Shown in pieces: positions 19,342-30,022 of a stretch of DNA of 64,000 nucleotides. This DNA comes from an uncultured Nitrospiraceae bacterium (GTDB lineage Bacteria; Nitrospirota; Thermodesulfovibrionia; Thermodesulfovibrionales; SM23-35): assembly GCA_963727775.1 (NCBI GenBank), contig CAVSHB010000001.1:128001-192000 (forward strand), read 5' to 3'. Each line of letters opens with the position of its first letter. Position 1 is the first letter of the stretch. Under the pieces are notes generated by a model. That model did no database searches. It was not told the origin of the DNA and saw only the letters and a list, made by a program, of their open reading frames with translations. Position numbers and translations under genes: made by a program.

Positions 19342-19966
19342 CATTAAGGGCGAATGATATATCTCTGATCTTTAATGTTACCACGTATTTGGAGAGTTCT
19401 ATCCTGATCTTGGACGGGTACCACATATCACCTGTTTTTTCCGGATTTTCATAGGAAACATTGAGTTCCCTGCCTTCTTCAATAGAAATGGCCATCTTCC
19501 TGGGCAGCATTGTTTTCTTGTCCAGCCATAATGTTTTATTGAGGTCTCTGAGAATATAGACGTCTTCTTTTTCTTCTGTCTCGAAGTTATCCAAATCCCA
19601 CCAGAAAAGACAGTCCCTCAGCCCGTATGTAAGAATCGTCCCTTTGTTTCTGTCGACTGCGGGCCTGCTTTTTATTACGCCGTTTTCCGAAGTTATCTCA
19701 AACGCGAGAAACCCGAATGAATAGATGCGCATACTCAGGTCACCGTTCTTCGCTATATTCAGCACGCCGTCCCCCCTGATCTCAGTATCGTCTTTTTCAA
19801 AAGAGATCGAGAATGTGGTTTCTATTGTCGATATATTGTTCTTTGCAGTGAGAACGTCTTTGACATCAACGCCTTCGTATGAGGGCATTTCGACCCGCGG
19901 CCTTGCGCAGGAGAATAAAAGAAAGACGATGCTAAGTAAAAACAGCTTTGAGACAATCTTCGACAT
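19334..19966 (-). CDS. Lipoprotein (LolB/DUF4292-like)
   Basis: Lipobox LLFSC; beta-rich sequence with WYPSKIRI. Confidence 0.6.
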   Translation of the reverse strand: MSKIVSKLFLLSIVFLLFSCARPRVEMPSYEGVDVKDVLTAKNNISTIETTFSISFEKDDTEIRGDGVLNIAKNGDLSMRIYSFGFLAFEITSENGVIKSRPAVDRNKGTILTYGLRDCLFWWDLDNFETEEKEDVYILRDLNKTLWLDKKTMLPRKMAISIEEGRELNVSYENPEKTGDMWYPSKIRIELSKYVVTLKIRDISFALNAT

Positions 19967-21296
19967 TTTTCACTCCTGTTAACTCCAGCCCAAAATTATC
20001 ATTTATCTTTTCGGCATTTCCGATAGGGATGAGGGCATGCCTGAATCCGATTTTTGCCGCTTCTTTTATCCTGGTCTCCGCTTGCGCGACAGCCCTTATC
20101 TCGCCGGAAAGTCCGACCTCTCCGAAAACAAAGATCTTCGGATCAACGGGTACATCTTTTAGCGAAGACGCAATTGTCGTAATGACGCCGAGATCAACGG
20201 CAGGCTCGATTAATCTGAGTCCGCCGACTACATTTACAAAAATATCCATTCCACCGAGATTGAGTCCCACCTTTTTTTCCAGCACTGCCACAAGGAGATT
20301 CACCCTGTTGAAATCCACTCCGATCGCTGTCCTCCTGGGCATCCCGAAGTTGGACTGGGAGACCAGAGACTGTATCTCGACCATCAAAGGTCTTGTCCCC
20401 TCAATGCTTGCAACAACTGTTGAACCGGAAACGTTCAGAGGGCGTTCAATGAGAAAAAGTTCAGACGGGTTTTCGACCTCAAGCAGTCCGGAATCCGACA
20501 TCTCGAATATCCCGATCTCGTTCGTTGAGCCGAAGCGGTTTTTTACAGTCCTTAATATCCGGTATGAATGCCCCCTGTCTCCCTCAAAATAGAGCACGGT
20601 ATCTACGATATGCTCAAGCACGCGCGGGCCGGCAATCGCACCTTCCTTGGTCACGTGTCCCACGATGAATACCGGGATATCGGACCTTTTTGCAAAGAGC
20701 ATCAGCTTCGACGCGCACTCCCTGACCTGGCTTACGGACCCCGGCGCAGAGACAAGCTCCTCCGTGTAAACAGTCTGAATGGAATCAATGACTACGGCAT
20801 CAGGGGCGATCTTTGATATCGAAGTGACGACGGCTTCCAATGAGGTCTCCGCGAGCAGGATGATATTGTCGGAATTTATCGACAGCCTTTCAGATCTGAT
20901 CTTAATCTGTTCAGGCGATTCTTCTCCTGAGACATAAAGCACTTTCCCGTATTGTTTTGAGAGGCCGTACACAGCCTGCAAGAGTAAGGTTGATTTTCCG
21001 ATGCCCGGGTCCCCGCCAATGAGTATTACCGAACCGGCAACAACACCCCCGCCCAGGACCCTGTCGAGTTCCTTAATGCCTGTCGATGTCCTCTGTTGAA
21101 ATCCTGTTGCGATGGAACTGAGGGGTTGCGGCTCTGATTTTCCGAGGTGGGTCACCAACGACGACTGGCGTGCAACCATATCCTTCTTTTCTTCTGCAAA
21201 ACTGTTCCACGCCGCGCAATCCGGGCATTTGCCGAGCCACTTCGGACTTGTGTATCCACACGCCTGACACTGGAAAAGAGTCTTAATTTTCGACAT
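19932..21296 (-). CDS. radA: DNA repair protein RadA/Sms
   Basis: CQACG..KWLGKCPDC, GDPGIGKSTL, KNRFG. Confidence 0.98.
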   Translation of the reverse strand: MSKIKTLFQCQACGYTSPKWLGKCPDCAAWNSFAEEKKDMVARQSSLVTHLGKSEPQPLSSIATGFQQRTSTGIKELDRVLGGGVVAGSVILIGGDPGIGKSTLLLQAVYGLSKQYGKVLYVSGEESPEQIKIRSERLSINSDNIILLAETSLEAVVTSISKIAPDAVVIDSIQTVYTEELVSAPGSVSQVRECASKLMLFAKRSDIPVFIVGHVTKEGAIAGPRVLEHIVDTVLYFEGDRGHSYRILRTVKNRFGSTNEIGIFEMSDSGLLEVENPSELFLIERPLNVSGSTVVASIEGTRPLMVEIQSLVSQSNFGMPRRTAIGVDFNRVNLLVAVLEKKVGLNLGGMDIFVNVVGGLRLIEPAVDLGVITTIASSLKDVPVDPKIFVFGEVGLSGEIRAVAQAETRIKEAAKIGFRHALIPIGNAEKINDNFGLELTGVKNVEDCLKAVFT

Positions 21297-21358
21297 ACGT
21301 CATTATAACAGAAGTAGCATGACCAAGTTAAAGTCGAAAAAAGGCAAGGCTCTTACCC

Positions 21359-23788
21359 TCAAAGTCTTGCTTTTCTCAACCGCAAAGCGTTGGTTATTAC
21401 CGATACCGAACTGAAACTCATGGCAGCCGCGGCAATTATCGGACTTAGAAGAACGCCGAAAAAGGGGTAGAGTATTCCTGCTGCGATCGGTACCCCTACA
21501 GAGTTGTAAACGAACGCAAAAAACAAATTCTGCTTTATATTGCCCATGGTCAACCTGCTCAGCGCCCTTGCCCTCACAATGCCCCTCAGGTCTCCCCTGA
21601 CCAGTGTTACCCCTGCGCTTTCCATCGCTACATCCGTGCCGGTTCCCATGGCAATCCCGACATGGGCTTGCGCAAGAGCGGGAGCATCGTTAATGCCGTC
21701 TCCTGCCATAGCCACGACATGCCCCAACTGCTGGAGGCGCTTAATCTCTTCGACTTTCCGGTCCGGCAGGACCTCGGCGATGACGTCATCAATCCCTAAC
21801 TTTTTTGCCACAGCGTTTGCTGTTGTATAACTGTCACCCGTCAACATTACAATCTTGATGCCTTCCTCATGGAGCTGTCTAATGGCTTCAGGTGTTGTCT
21901 CTTTGATAGGGTCCGCCACACCTATCACTCCCGCAATCTTTCCGTCTACCGATAGGAACATAGCTGTCTGACCCTCAGCGCGCATTTGCTCGGCCTGCGT
22001 AAAAAGTTCTCCTGGGTCTGCGCCGATATCTTCGATGAGGTTCCGGTTGCCGAGGGCGATTTCATGCCCATCCACACGTCCGACAACACCCTTTCCTGTC
22101 TTTGATTCAAAAGATTCCACCTTTGTTGGTTCTACCCCTTTCCCTTCAGCTCCTGAACCTATTGCATTCGCAAAAGGGTGTTCGCTACCCCTTTCCAGGC
22201 TTGCTGCATAAAAGAGGATATCTTTTTCCTCCCATCCGGTAACGGCATATGTCTCAATAAGCTCCGGCTTGCCCAAGGTAAGAGTCCCTGTCTTGTCCAC
22301 TACAAGGACATCAACCTTTTTCATGATCTCGATGGCTTCTGCGTTCTTAAAAAGCACACCCAGGGTCGCTCCCTTCCCCATAGCGACCATTATTGATACC
22401 GGGGTTGCGAGGCCAAGGGCACATGGACATGCTATGATGAGTACGGCGACGGCACTAATCACGGCGTGAGCTAATCGCGGTTCAGGCCCGAACCACGCCC
22501 AGACAAAAAAGGTTATAACTGCAACAAGGACAACTATCTGCACAAAGTAGCCGGCAACGATATCTGCCAGTTTTTGGATAGGAGCACGGCTCCGCTGGGC
22601 CTCAGCGACCATCTGCACGATCCGCGACAGGAGAGTATCAGCTCCAACTTTGTCAGCCTTCATCACAAAGGTACCCGTGCCGTTAACTGTGGCGCCTATG
22701 ACCCGGGCACCGGGTTGCTTTTGCACAGGTATCGGCTCGCCGGTGATCATCGACTCATCGACCGAACTCATACCCTCAGTAACGGTACCGTCGACGGGTA
22801 CCTTCTCGCCCGGACGCACCCGCACCAAATCACCCGGCTGTAAGAGATCGAGGGGGACATCTTCCTCTTTCCCTGCCTGGCTTATGCGACGCGCAGTCTT
22901 TGGGGCCAAACCGAGCAAAGCTCTAATGGCTGCACCGGTCTTGCCCCTTGCTCTGAGTTCCAGCACCTGCCCGAGCAAAACCAGTGCGACAATTACAGCC
23001 GCAGCCTCAAAATAAACGCCTACATCCCCATTTTTCATCCTGAACGATGACGGGAAAATCCCGGGGAACAAAGAAGCAATCATGCTATAGACGTATGCGA
23101 CGCTGACGCCGAGGCCGATGAGAGTAAACATGTTCGGACTGCGGTTTATGACCGATTGCCAACCCCGGACAAAAAAGGGCCATCCTCCCCAAAGGATAAC
23201 AGGCGTTGCGAGAATGAGTTCCGCCCACTTAAGCGTTTCGGCAGAGATCAGTCGGTCCAAAGATATCCCCGGAATCATGTCGCGCATAGCGATCAGAACT
23301 ACAGGGACCGATAAAACCGCGCTGATCCGGAATCTTCGCAGCATAGCGACAAGCTCGGGGTTCTCCTCTTCCTCAAGCTGGACAGTCTTGGGTTCCAGTG
23401 CCATGCCGCAGACAGGACAACTTCCCGGCGTATCCCTTACAACCTCGGGGTGCATGGGGCATGTCCATTCTGTCTTTGTCAGCGCTGCAGGAGGACCCGT
23501 AGACTCAAGCGCCATGCCGCATTTTGGACATGGGACCGGCTTTATCTCCCTGATTTCGGGATGCATAGGACACGTATATGTAACGCCGGGAACTACCTGT
23601 TTAATGTGGAGGGGTTCTGATACAGTTGCTCCTGCAAACTTTTTCGATATGAATATCTCCGGGTCCTTTTTGAACTTTTCAAGGCAGTGTCCGCAGCAAA
23701 AATAATAGGGTACCCCTTTGTACTCATAATGGAACTTAGCGCTCTCGAGATTGACTATCATCCCGCACACAGGATCAATGACTTTCAT
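21359..23788 (-). CDS. copA: Cu+/Ag+-translocating P1B-type ATPase with YHS and two CPMHP metal-binding domains
   Basis: DPVCGM, two [28 protein letters not shown] and MSFSS. Confidence 0.93.
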   Translation of the reverse strand: MKVIDPVCGMIVNLESAKFHYEYKGVPYYFCCGHCLEKFKKDPEIFISKKFAGATVSEPLHIKQVVPGVTYTCPMHPEIREIKPVPCPKCGMALESTGPPAALTKTEWTCPMHPEVVRDTPGSCPVCGMALEPKTVQLEEEENPELVAMLRRFRISAVLSVPVVLIAMRDMIPGISLDRLISAETLKWAELILATPVILWGGWPFFVRGWQSVINRSPNMFTLIGLGVSVAYVYSMIASLFPGIFPSSFRMKNGDVGVYFEAAAVIVALVLLGQVLELRARGKTGAAIRALLGLAPKTARRISQAGKEEDVPLDLLQPGDLVRVRPGEKVPVDGTVTEGMSSVDESMITGEPIPVQKQPGARVIGATVNGTGTFVMKADKVGADTLLSRIVQMVAEAQRSRAPIQKLADIVAGYFVQIVVLVAVITFFVWAWFGPEPRLAHAVISAVAVLIIACPCALGLATPVSIMVAMGKGATLGVLFKNAEAIEIMKKVDVLVVDKTGTLTLGKPELIETYAVTGWEEKDILFYAASLERGSEHPFANAIGSGAEGKGVEPTKVESFESKTGKGVVGRVDGHEIALGNRNLIEDIGADPGELFTQAEQMRAEGQTAMFLSVDGKIAGVIGVADPIKETTPEAIRQLHEEGIKIVMLTGDSYTTANAVAKKLGIDDVIAEVLPDRKVEEIKRLQQLGHVVAMAGDGINDAPALAQAHVGIAMGTGTDVAMESAGVTLVRGDLRGIVRARALSRLTMGNIKQNLFFAFVYNSVGVPIAAGILYPFFGVLLSPIIAAAAMSFSSVSVITNALRLRKARL

Positions 23789-23930
23789 CTTTGCCTCCGG
23801 ATGTATTTGAGCAACAATATCAATAATTATTTAAAGCATACTATAGATTTAGAATCATTGGAAATCATGTCTTCATCAGGTCATCCCTGATCTTCTCAAT
23901 TTCTTCTCTGCCTAATGACGGTGTGTTCTG

Positions 23931-24440
23931 CTAATGGTTATGCTCTTCAGTCTCTTCAGTCTCCTCGCCCTCAGATTCTTTTGAAGGAGCAGGCATCTTG
24001 TGTTCCATCTTACCGGACATCATGCCGCCCATCATACCGCCCATCATGCAATTACTCATGGACATTTTATCCTGTACTCTTGCTTTCATGTCTTTGATAG
24101 TATCCAGCATATGTTTTTTGTCGGCCGGTTTGACGCCGTTGATAATTTTTTCCTGCATATTCATTATATCGATCATCATCTGCATCATATCATGCATCAT
24201 CATCCCATGCCCCATCATCTGCTGCATCATCGGCATCTGATGTCCGCCGCCCATCATGCCCTTTCCCTTCATCTGTTGCATTTTAGGGCACATCATCATG
24301 GGTTGTTTTCCCTCCTCCATTTGCATCGCGGGCTGTTTCATCTCTTCTTTCCCTTTACCCATCATGCCGCTATCCGACTGCGCAAACACAGAACCGCAAA
24401 AAATAAATAAAATCCCAAGGCAAATCAGTAATCTTTTCAT
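23931..24440 (-). CDS. Extremely Met-rich exported protein
   Basis: AAGGAGG RBS inside the longer ORF, signal peptide ending VFA, about 39 Met in 169 aa by hand count, C-terminal EHNH. Confidence 0.75.
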   Translation of the reverse strand: MKRLLICLGILFIFCGSVFAQSDSGMMGKGKEEMKQPAMQMEEGKQPMMMCPKMQQMKGKGMMGGGHQMPMMQQMMGHGMMMHDMMQMMIDIMNMQEKIINGVKPADKKHMLDTIKDMKARVQDKMSMSNCMMGGMMGGMMSGKMEHKMPAPSKESEGEETEETEEHNH

Positions 24441-24605
24441 TCTTCCTTCCTCCTTACTTTTGTTTTTTACGATGAATTTATCGGGGTGTTGATCAAACTT
24501 CTCCTTGCAAATCCTTGCACAAAAGTAATATCTTGTACCCTTGTATACGAATAATGGCCGCAGTTCTATTTTATCCACGCCCATAGTGCATAAGGGGTCT
24601 TTCAC
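24441..24605 (-). pseudogene. Degenerate YHS-domain gene reading in frame into the Met-rich gene
   Basis: KDPLCTM...YKGTRYYFCARICKEKFDQHPDKF; ATT rather than ATG at the RBS-optimal position. Confidence 0.6.
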
Positions 24606-24739
24606 CCTAATGACTCACCTCCTCATATTTCTTGGTATTTAATCTGCAAGTCTAATAACAAGGCTATCAAAAACTTAAGTGGTCGTCAAATTTTTGTAAA
24701 CTCCGGTGGGAACTAACAAAATGGAATATAAAGCACTGA

Positions 24740-24976
24740 GCCCGCGACGCTTTTATCGCCTTATTTATTGTTGCAAGCGACGTACCTTTTGATTTTAATT
24801 TCTTTCCGGTTCTATTCCACAAATCATCTATAGTATGCGCCGATATTACGCTCTTTAATATACTCTTCTATAAGTCCCTTTACCATTTCACTCGTAGTCT
24901 TGCCTTCAATTCTTGCAAGTTTATTCAGTCTGTTTTTAACGTCATTATCTATCCTTATAATCATCTGAGTTGACAT
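24740..24976 (-). pseudogene. CopG/ribbon-helix-helix antitoxin, frameshifted, no toxin partner
   Basis: MSTQMIIRID..KNRL.KLARIEGKTTSE; one extra T in GCATACTATAGAT, then IDDLWNRTGKKLKSKG in the shifted frame. Confidence 0.7.
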
Positions 24977-25257
24977 ATCTTGCCTCCAAATATAATTGTA
25001 TATCACGTATATACAAGCGTCAACCCCTCACACTACTTTTAAACACTGGAAGGCCGTCTCCCAATGATTTTTCTAAGCCTCTCCTTGTCATCATCAATCG
25101 ATCTTCTGTAGTATAAGATGTCGAAAGTGAGCTACTTTCAAACAAAAACACTCAGAGAGCAGTACTTCATCAAAAGACGCAGCATGAAGAATTTACAACT
25201 GAGAACGAGTACAAATAATATTCAGCAATCATAATCAATTGAAGTCATGTTGAATGC

Positions 25258-25550
25258 GGCTTCGAGCACGACTTCTCGCTGCGCGACGGGGCGGGCAACT
25301 ACTGGGACATGGCGAATTTCACAGCCGCGTCGCCGAAGTCAGTCTTCAACGAGGACGGGCGCTATCTGACGCAGATCCCCGAGGACTACTAAGCAACGAA
25401 GACCTATACCGACAAGCTGATCGGATTTATCGACGCTAACCGCGGCGATTACAAGCCCTTCTTCGCCTACTTCACCCCCCCAGGCGCCATATGATGATCC
25501 GTAACACTGCCACGGGAATGGCACTCTCGCCACATCGCTGAGGACGACAA
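25258..25550 (+). pseudogene. Internal fragment of an arylsulfatase gene
   Basis: Manual translation GFEHDFSLRDGAGNYWDM...PEDY*ATKTYTDKLIGFIDANRGDYKPFFAYFTPQAP; GC-rich relative to flanks; in-frame stops. Confidence 0.7.
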
Positions 25551-25583
25551 GACATTACGACAAACAGTACTTCAAAAACTATC

Positions 25584-25979
25584 TTAGTGATGCTCTGCTG
25601 TCTCTGCAGCCTCGGCCTCGGCTTCGGCTTTTGTCTTGTGTACCGTTCCGTCAGGATGATTCGGAGGAGTGTAAATCGTGTATAGTTTAAGCAGGTTATC
25701 TTGAGATGCATTGATTACATTATGGTATGTGCCAGCAGGCACCACCACGGCATTACCGTCACCGACAACGTGTTCCTCCTTACCGTCAAAGACAAACTTA
25801 GCCTTACCTTCTTCTATCCGAAAGAACTGATCAACATTCTGGTGTCCTTCGTTTCCGATTTCCTCTTCGGGTTGCAGACACATTACTACAAGCTGACTAT
25901 GCTTGCCTGTAAATAACACCTGCCGAAAATAGCCGTTCTTTAACGTTGCTTGCTCAATGTTACCAACATAGGGTTTCAT
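25584..25979 (-). CDS. Cupin domain protein
   Basis: FRQVLFTGKHSQLVVM, DQFFRIEEG, VPAGTYHNVIN, LKLYTIY. Confidence 0.88.
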   Translation of the reverse strand: MKPYVGNIEQATLKNGYFRQVLFTGKHSQLVVMCLQPEEEIGNEGHQNVDQFFRIEEGKAKFVFDGKEEHVVGDGNAVVVPAGTYHNVINASQDNLLKLYTIYTPPNHPDGTVHKTKAEAEAEAAETAEHH

Positions 25980-26098
25980 TATCCATACCTCCGTCATATT
26001 TATGCATTTGTGAAAATTGCGACACTACATTATTATTGTTTATATATTAAAATTTATTGCAATTCAACGAGCAATTCAATAGGAAGTTCCCCAAAAAG

Positions 26099-26500
26099 CT
26101 ACGTTATTTTTATCTCAGCCTGTTCACTTCCTATCAATTGCAGGATTTTTTCTATCTTGAAGTGAACCAGATGCTTTGGACCTTTTGCTTTGTCTTCTTG
26201 AGGCGATAACCAGCTTCTAGTCATCCTGGCAATCAGGTCAGGTTCATTATCCTCTTTGATCATCTTGAGATAGAGCCTAATACCAGAATATCCTGTCCCG
26301 CCTTCCACAAAAAGATATGTGGCATATGGATTTGCCTGAACATTATGATAAGTAAGTCTCTCTCGCAGGAGAAAGGCAACCGTACCATCTTCAAATACAT
26401 GGGGTCTTGAATAAATGGCGGCATCCACCATACCATCTTTGTCTGCCGTAGCCAAGACCCCTGTTCCGTGATTTGTGTCAAAGTATTTTTTTAGATTCAT
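26099..26500 (-). CDS. Pyridoxamine 5'-phosphate oxidase-family flavin-binding protein
   Basis: GVLATADKDGMVDAAIYSRPH, LTYHNVQANPYA. Confidence 0.8.
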   Translation of the reverse strand: MNLKKYFDTNHGTGVLATADKDGMVDAAIYSRPHVFEDGTVAFLLRERLTYHNVQANPYATYLFVEGGTGYSGIRLYLKMIKEDNEPDLIARMTRSWLSPQEDKAKGPKHLVHFKIEKILQLIGSEQAEIKIT

Positions 26501-26508
26501 TTATTCTC

Positions 26509-27063
26509 CTATTGCTGTACTGTTTTGATAAGTTTTGAGGTATCGTATTTTTTCTCACGCAAGAGGGATAGAATTCCTTCATATACTGTGTTATCCATTT
26601 CTTTCGTGCGGCTAAGAATCCAGAGATATTTTCTATTTGGATGTCCAATAACTGCATATTCGTAATCCCTACCCAGATCAATAATCCAGTAGTCTCCTGC
26701 AAAGAACCAAAAAAAAGACACCTTTAGTTTGGCATTTGTTTCTTTATCAACAACCCATGCTTTCCCTTTTGCAGACCTTAGATTCCCGCTAAATGAGCCG
26801 TCATAACACTCATTCAGGACAGAAACCTTCCCGTCATCCATAAGTGTATAGGTTGCCTTACTCCCCACACAGCCCTTCTGAAAGCTGTTCGGGTATCGGG
26901 CGATCTCATACCACCGTCCCATATATCGGGTGAGATCAACATGTGTAACTGTTGCTAATGGTTCCGATGGTTCTTTTTCCATATATTTGCATCCTAACAC
27001 AACAAGCAAAGCTGAAGCGATAACTCCAAGAAAAAGAGGGCTTGATATGTATTTGTGCCTCAT
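26509..27063 (-). CDS. blc: Bacterial lipocalin
   Basis: Lipobox VLGC, VDLTRYMGRWYEIARYP, KLKVSFFW, YLWILSR. Confidence 0.92.
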   Translation of the reverse strand: MRHKYISSPLFLGVIASALLVVLGCKYMEKEPSEPLATVTHVDLTRYMGRWYEIARYPNSFQKGCVGSKATYTLMDDGKVSVLNECYDGSFSGNLRSAKGKAWVVDKETNAKLKVSFFWFFAGDYWIIDLGRDYEYAVIGHPNRKYLWILSRTKEMDNTVYEGILSLLREKKYDTSKLIKTVQQ

Positions 27064-27410
27064 TTGGATTCTTTGTACTGGATGAGATTGCAATCACAAC
27101 CTTTTTGCCGTAAGATTTTGACCTGTTTTATTATAGGGTGTACAAAAATGGTTTGAATCATACTCCCTGTTGCAAGTGTCTCATCCAATGGACTATTGTG
27201 ATTATAGCCCCTTGCAAGCATCTCCTGAACAATCTCCTCATGAACTGTGAATAATGCCTTCAGCTTCCCTTTCCATCTCTTTGTCTCAGGATGATTGGCA
27301 TACCCTGCCTTTCCCTGTGTCAGAATATTCCACATGGCATGAAGTTCATTATGTTCCCCAATAAGGTGTTTACTGCATAGACAATTTGGAGGGATGTCCC
27401 ATATTCTCAT
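27060..27410 (-). CDS. Pyrimidine dimer DNA glycosylase / endonuclease V (DenV-like)
   Basis: MRIWD....L..KHLIGEHNELH, GYANHPET, EMLARGYNHNSPL. Confidence 0.85.
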   Translation of the reverse strand: MRIWDIPPNCLCSKHLIGEHNELHAMWNILTQGKAGYANHPETKRWKGKLKALFTVHEEIVQEMLARGYNHNSPLDETLATGSMIQTIFVHPIIKQVKILRQKGCDCNLIQYKESK

Positions 27411-27605
27411 TTTTTATTATATCCAATGGAAGTCACTGTTAAATGTCCTGCAACACCTTCTTCAACGCCTCTATAGGATGCAGGTATTTTCTCCCTTTCA
27501 TGATGGTTCGGATAATTCTTTAACTTTCAGAATTTTCATATTCTTTCCAATTCTTAATATGGGTTAATAGAGAACTCTCCAGTTTGATCTATGAGATTTA
27601 TCAAA

Positions 27606-28094
27606 TTATCTTGAAATCCATTCTGAAACAGTCTGAAATCTATTGACATGGATACACCGGGTGATTTTTACGAATATCAATTTCGTTTCAGTAGAACGAA
27701 TGATCTCATTAAGATTAGGATGCTTCCGCATAAGTACCCGGGCTAATGCTGACCACTTGCCACCTTTTCTCACAGGCATGGCATTCCCTAAAATAGTCAA
27801 AGATTCAGCACTCATATAATCTTCTTCTGTATTAGATCGTGTATCAATGAGAAGGGAGACGCGATTGTCTTTGAGGATATTTTTATATTTCTGTGTCTTT
27901 CGGGGTGTAGCAAATACAATCCCTTTCTTGTCGGGAGTAAGTGCGTAAGCGATCATAGATGTATAAGGTTGTCCATCTAATGCGGTTGCGAGTACAGCAT
28001 GAAGCTGGCCTTTATCTAAGGCGTTTAACCTTTCGAGTATGGGTGCGCTGCCTTTTTTTACTCTGTCAGGTATTGATTCCTTTGATCTTTTCAC
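27606..28094 (-). CDS. Pyridoxamine 5'-phosphate oxidase-family protein
   Basis: AVLAT..GQPYTS, FATPRKTQKYKNI..VSLLID. Confidence 0.82.
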   Translation of the reverse strand: MKRSKESIPDRVKKGSAPILERLNALDKGQLHAVLATALDGQPYTSMIAYALTPDKKGIVFATPRKTQKYKNILKDNRVSLLIDTRSNTEEDYMSAESLTILGNAMPVRKGGKWSALARVLMRKHPNLNEIIRSTETKLIFVKITRCIHVNRFQTVSEWISR

Positions 28095-28139
28095 ATTCCA
28101 CCTTATAGAGATTGAACATTTTCAATGTTTTTTCTAATA

Positions 28140-28637
28140 TCAGCGCAACACAACAATATACCAAACGAGTAAGAACAGGCTACTCCACCAGCCGGTAACT
28201 GATATAATAAAACTCATAGCGATCTTCATCTGAAAATCAGCAGGTAGAATTTCGCTTGCTTTTCCCTCTTTCTCTCTCTTTAAAAGATGTGGACTTACCC
28301 AGAAAGACAGGAAGGAACCGTTTAATATCAACACAACTGCAAGGACTGCATGGATAAATGAAATGCCCGAAAATCCAATATTCCTGTAAGTAATTAGACC
28401 ACCAAGAATCGCTAAAAAGATACCTATCCAAATGAGGGGTTTTGTAATTTTGTGTGTTCGTATTGTTGCCTCTGTCCAATAGGAAGATTTTCTACCTAAA
28501 AATCCATGAAGGTCAATAACAGTTACTGCTCCTAACCCAATAATAAATCCGGCAATGAAAAGAAAAAGTCCAAGAATATCTGTCCAGGAATAAACTTTAT
28601 TGCTCGAGATACCTAAATAAGCAAATAATTGTTCCAT
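28140..28637 (-). CDS. Four-TM hypothetical membrane protein
   Basis: Four hydrophobic segments, uninterrupted 165-aa ORF. Confidence 0.7.
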   Translation of the reverse strand: MEQLFAYLGISSNKVYSWTDILGLFLFIAGFIIGLGAVTVIDLHGFLGRKSSYWTEATIRTHKITKPLIWIGIFLAILGGLITYRNIGFSGISFIHAVLAVVLILNGSFLSFWVSPHLLKREKEGKASEILPADFQMKIAMSFIISVTGWWSSLFLLVWYIVVLR

Positions 28638-28796
28638 ATTTTATGGTGAAATTATATCACGTAATAACCAAATGAGCCAGCTATGTAGACAACAGGCTGT
28701 GAGTAGAAACTTAGTTTGTCTTTTGATATTGTATTGTATAATTTCAATTAGGATAGATGATGGTGTGCCTCTAAAAATGAAAATTAACAAAAGTTT

Positions 28797-29705
28797 ATGA
28801 ATATTGCAATCTTAGGTGCTCCCGGTTGTGTCGGTCGGACCATAATTAAGAAATTTCTTGATTCTTCGCAACATACGATCATAGCTTCGTATCGCATAGA
28901 AGAGGAGATTCCAAAAGATATTCAGAATGACCGTCTTGTTTGGAAACAGGTCGATCTTCTTAATCAATCAAGTGCAGAGAACTTTTTACAAGGTGCTGAA
29001 ATATTGATTTATCTTATACATTCTTTAGGAGCAAAAAATTTTGAACAGCTCGATATACAACTTGCAAATTCTGCAGGCAATGCAGCCAAGCACGTCGGTA
29101 TTAAAAAGATCATTTACCTCGGCGGCATTATTCCTGACAGCCGGAATGTGTCTCCTCATCTTATCAGCAGGATGAAGACAGGACAGGCCCTTGCTTCTTA
29201 CGGAATACCAGTCGGCGAAGTTCGTGCAAGCATACTGCTGGCAACCTGCAGCATGTCTTATCTCATTGTATATTTTCTCGCAAAACGACTTCCTGTCATG
29301 ATAACACCCCGTTGGCTGAATTCTCTCTGTGCACCCATTGCCCTTGAGGATGCAGCAAGTTTCCTCGCTGCTCTGCTCCCCCAGGATATCAAAGATCATG
29401 AAATTTTTGAAATAGGCTCTGATATTGTTCGATATCGGGAACTCCTGTCACTGTGTGGCAAAGCAATCCGGGGAGTTAGTAATATCATAATCCCTGTCCC
29501 TCTTTTTGCGGTACATCTGTCTTCTCTTTGGATCCAGTTGATAACCGGTGTCCCCAATGGCGTCGGAGTGGCGCTTGCTGAAGGGCTAAAAAGCGATACA
29601 ATACCTTCAAAAAACCGTTTCCGTGAGGTTACTGGAAGGGATCCGATTCCTCTCCAATCCATACTTAAACAGCTCTCAGAAGAAATGCGAAAGAAATCGG
29701 AATGA
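28797..29705 (+). CDS. NAD(P)H-binding atypical SDR (YbjT/NDUFA9-like)
   Basis: GAPGCVG, IYLIHSL, IIYLGG, SPHLISR, RLPVMITPRW. Confidence 0.85.
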   Translation: MNIAILGAPGCVGRTIIKKFLDSSQHTIIASYRIEEEIPKDIQNDRLVWKQVDLLNQSSAENFLQGAEILIYLIHSLGAKNFEQLDIQLANSAGNAAKHVGIKKIIYLGGIIPDSRNVSPHLISRMKTGQALASYGIPVGEVRASILLATCSMSYLIVYFLAKRLPVMITPRWLNSLCAPIALEDAASFLAALLPQDIKDHEIFEIGSDIVRYRELLSLCGKAIRGVSNIIIPVPLFAVHLSSLWIQLITGVPNGVGVALAEGLKSDTIPSKNRFREVTGRDPIPLQSILKQLSEEMRKKSE

Positions 29706-30022
29706 CAAAAAGAGGCTTTACTAATGCTCTAATTATCAGGAATGAAAAAGTTCCCGTCTTATTAATTTACGTTTATAATATTGCATTTAAGGCAATCTAA
29801 AAAATCAGTTTCAGGCAGCACTTCAAGCCGATCATTAGAGTATTGGGTTGAGAGTTATTTCCCGTAATCAGCAGAGGTCAGAAATTTTCGATGTATAGAC
29901 TTCTATGTGTTATCGAGGATCAGCGGATGTTCAGTACGCGGAATAATCCTTTTGATACAGATGCTACGTGGTTTGCAGTCTATGCCAAGCTCGATGCAAC
30001 TTTCAACAGGGTTAACTCTGGT

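Noticed and set aside
24000..24410. His-rich ORF on the + strand
   Set aside because: Antisense shadow of ATG-rich Met codons (CAT); the minus-strand gene has an RBS and a signal peptide
25584..28637. Integron cassette array (run of short co-oriented genes)
   Set aside because: No attC-like RYYYAAC...GTTRRRY palindromes between genes, some genes overlap, and there is no integrase
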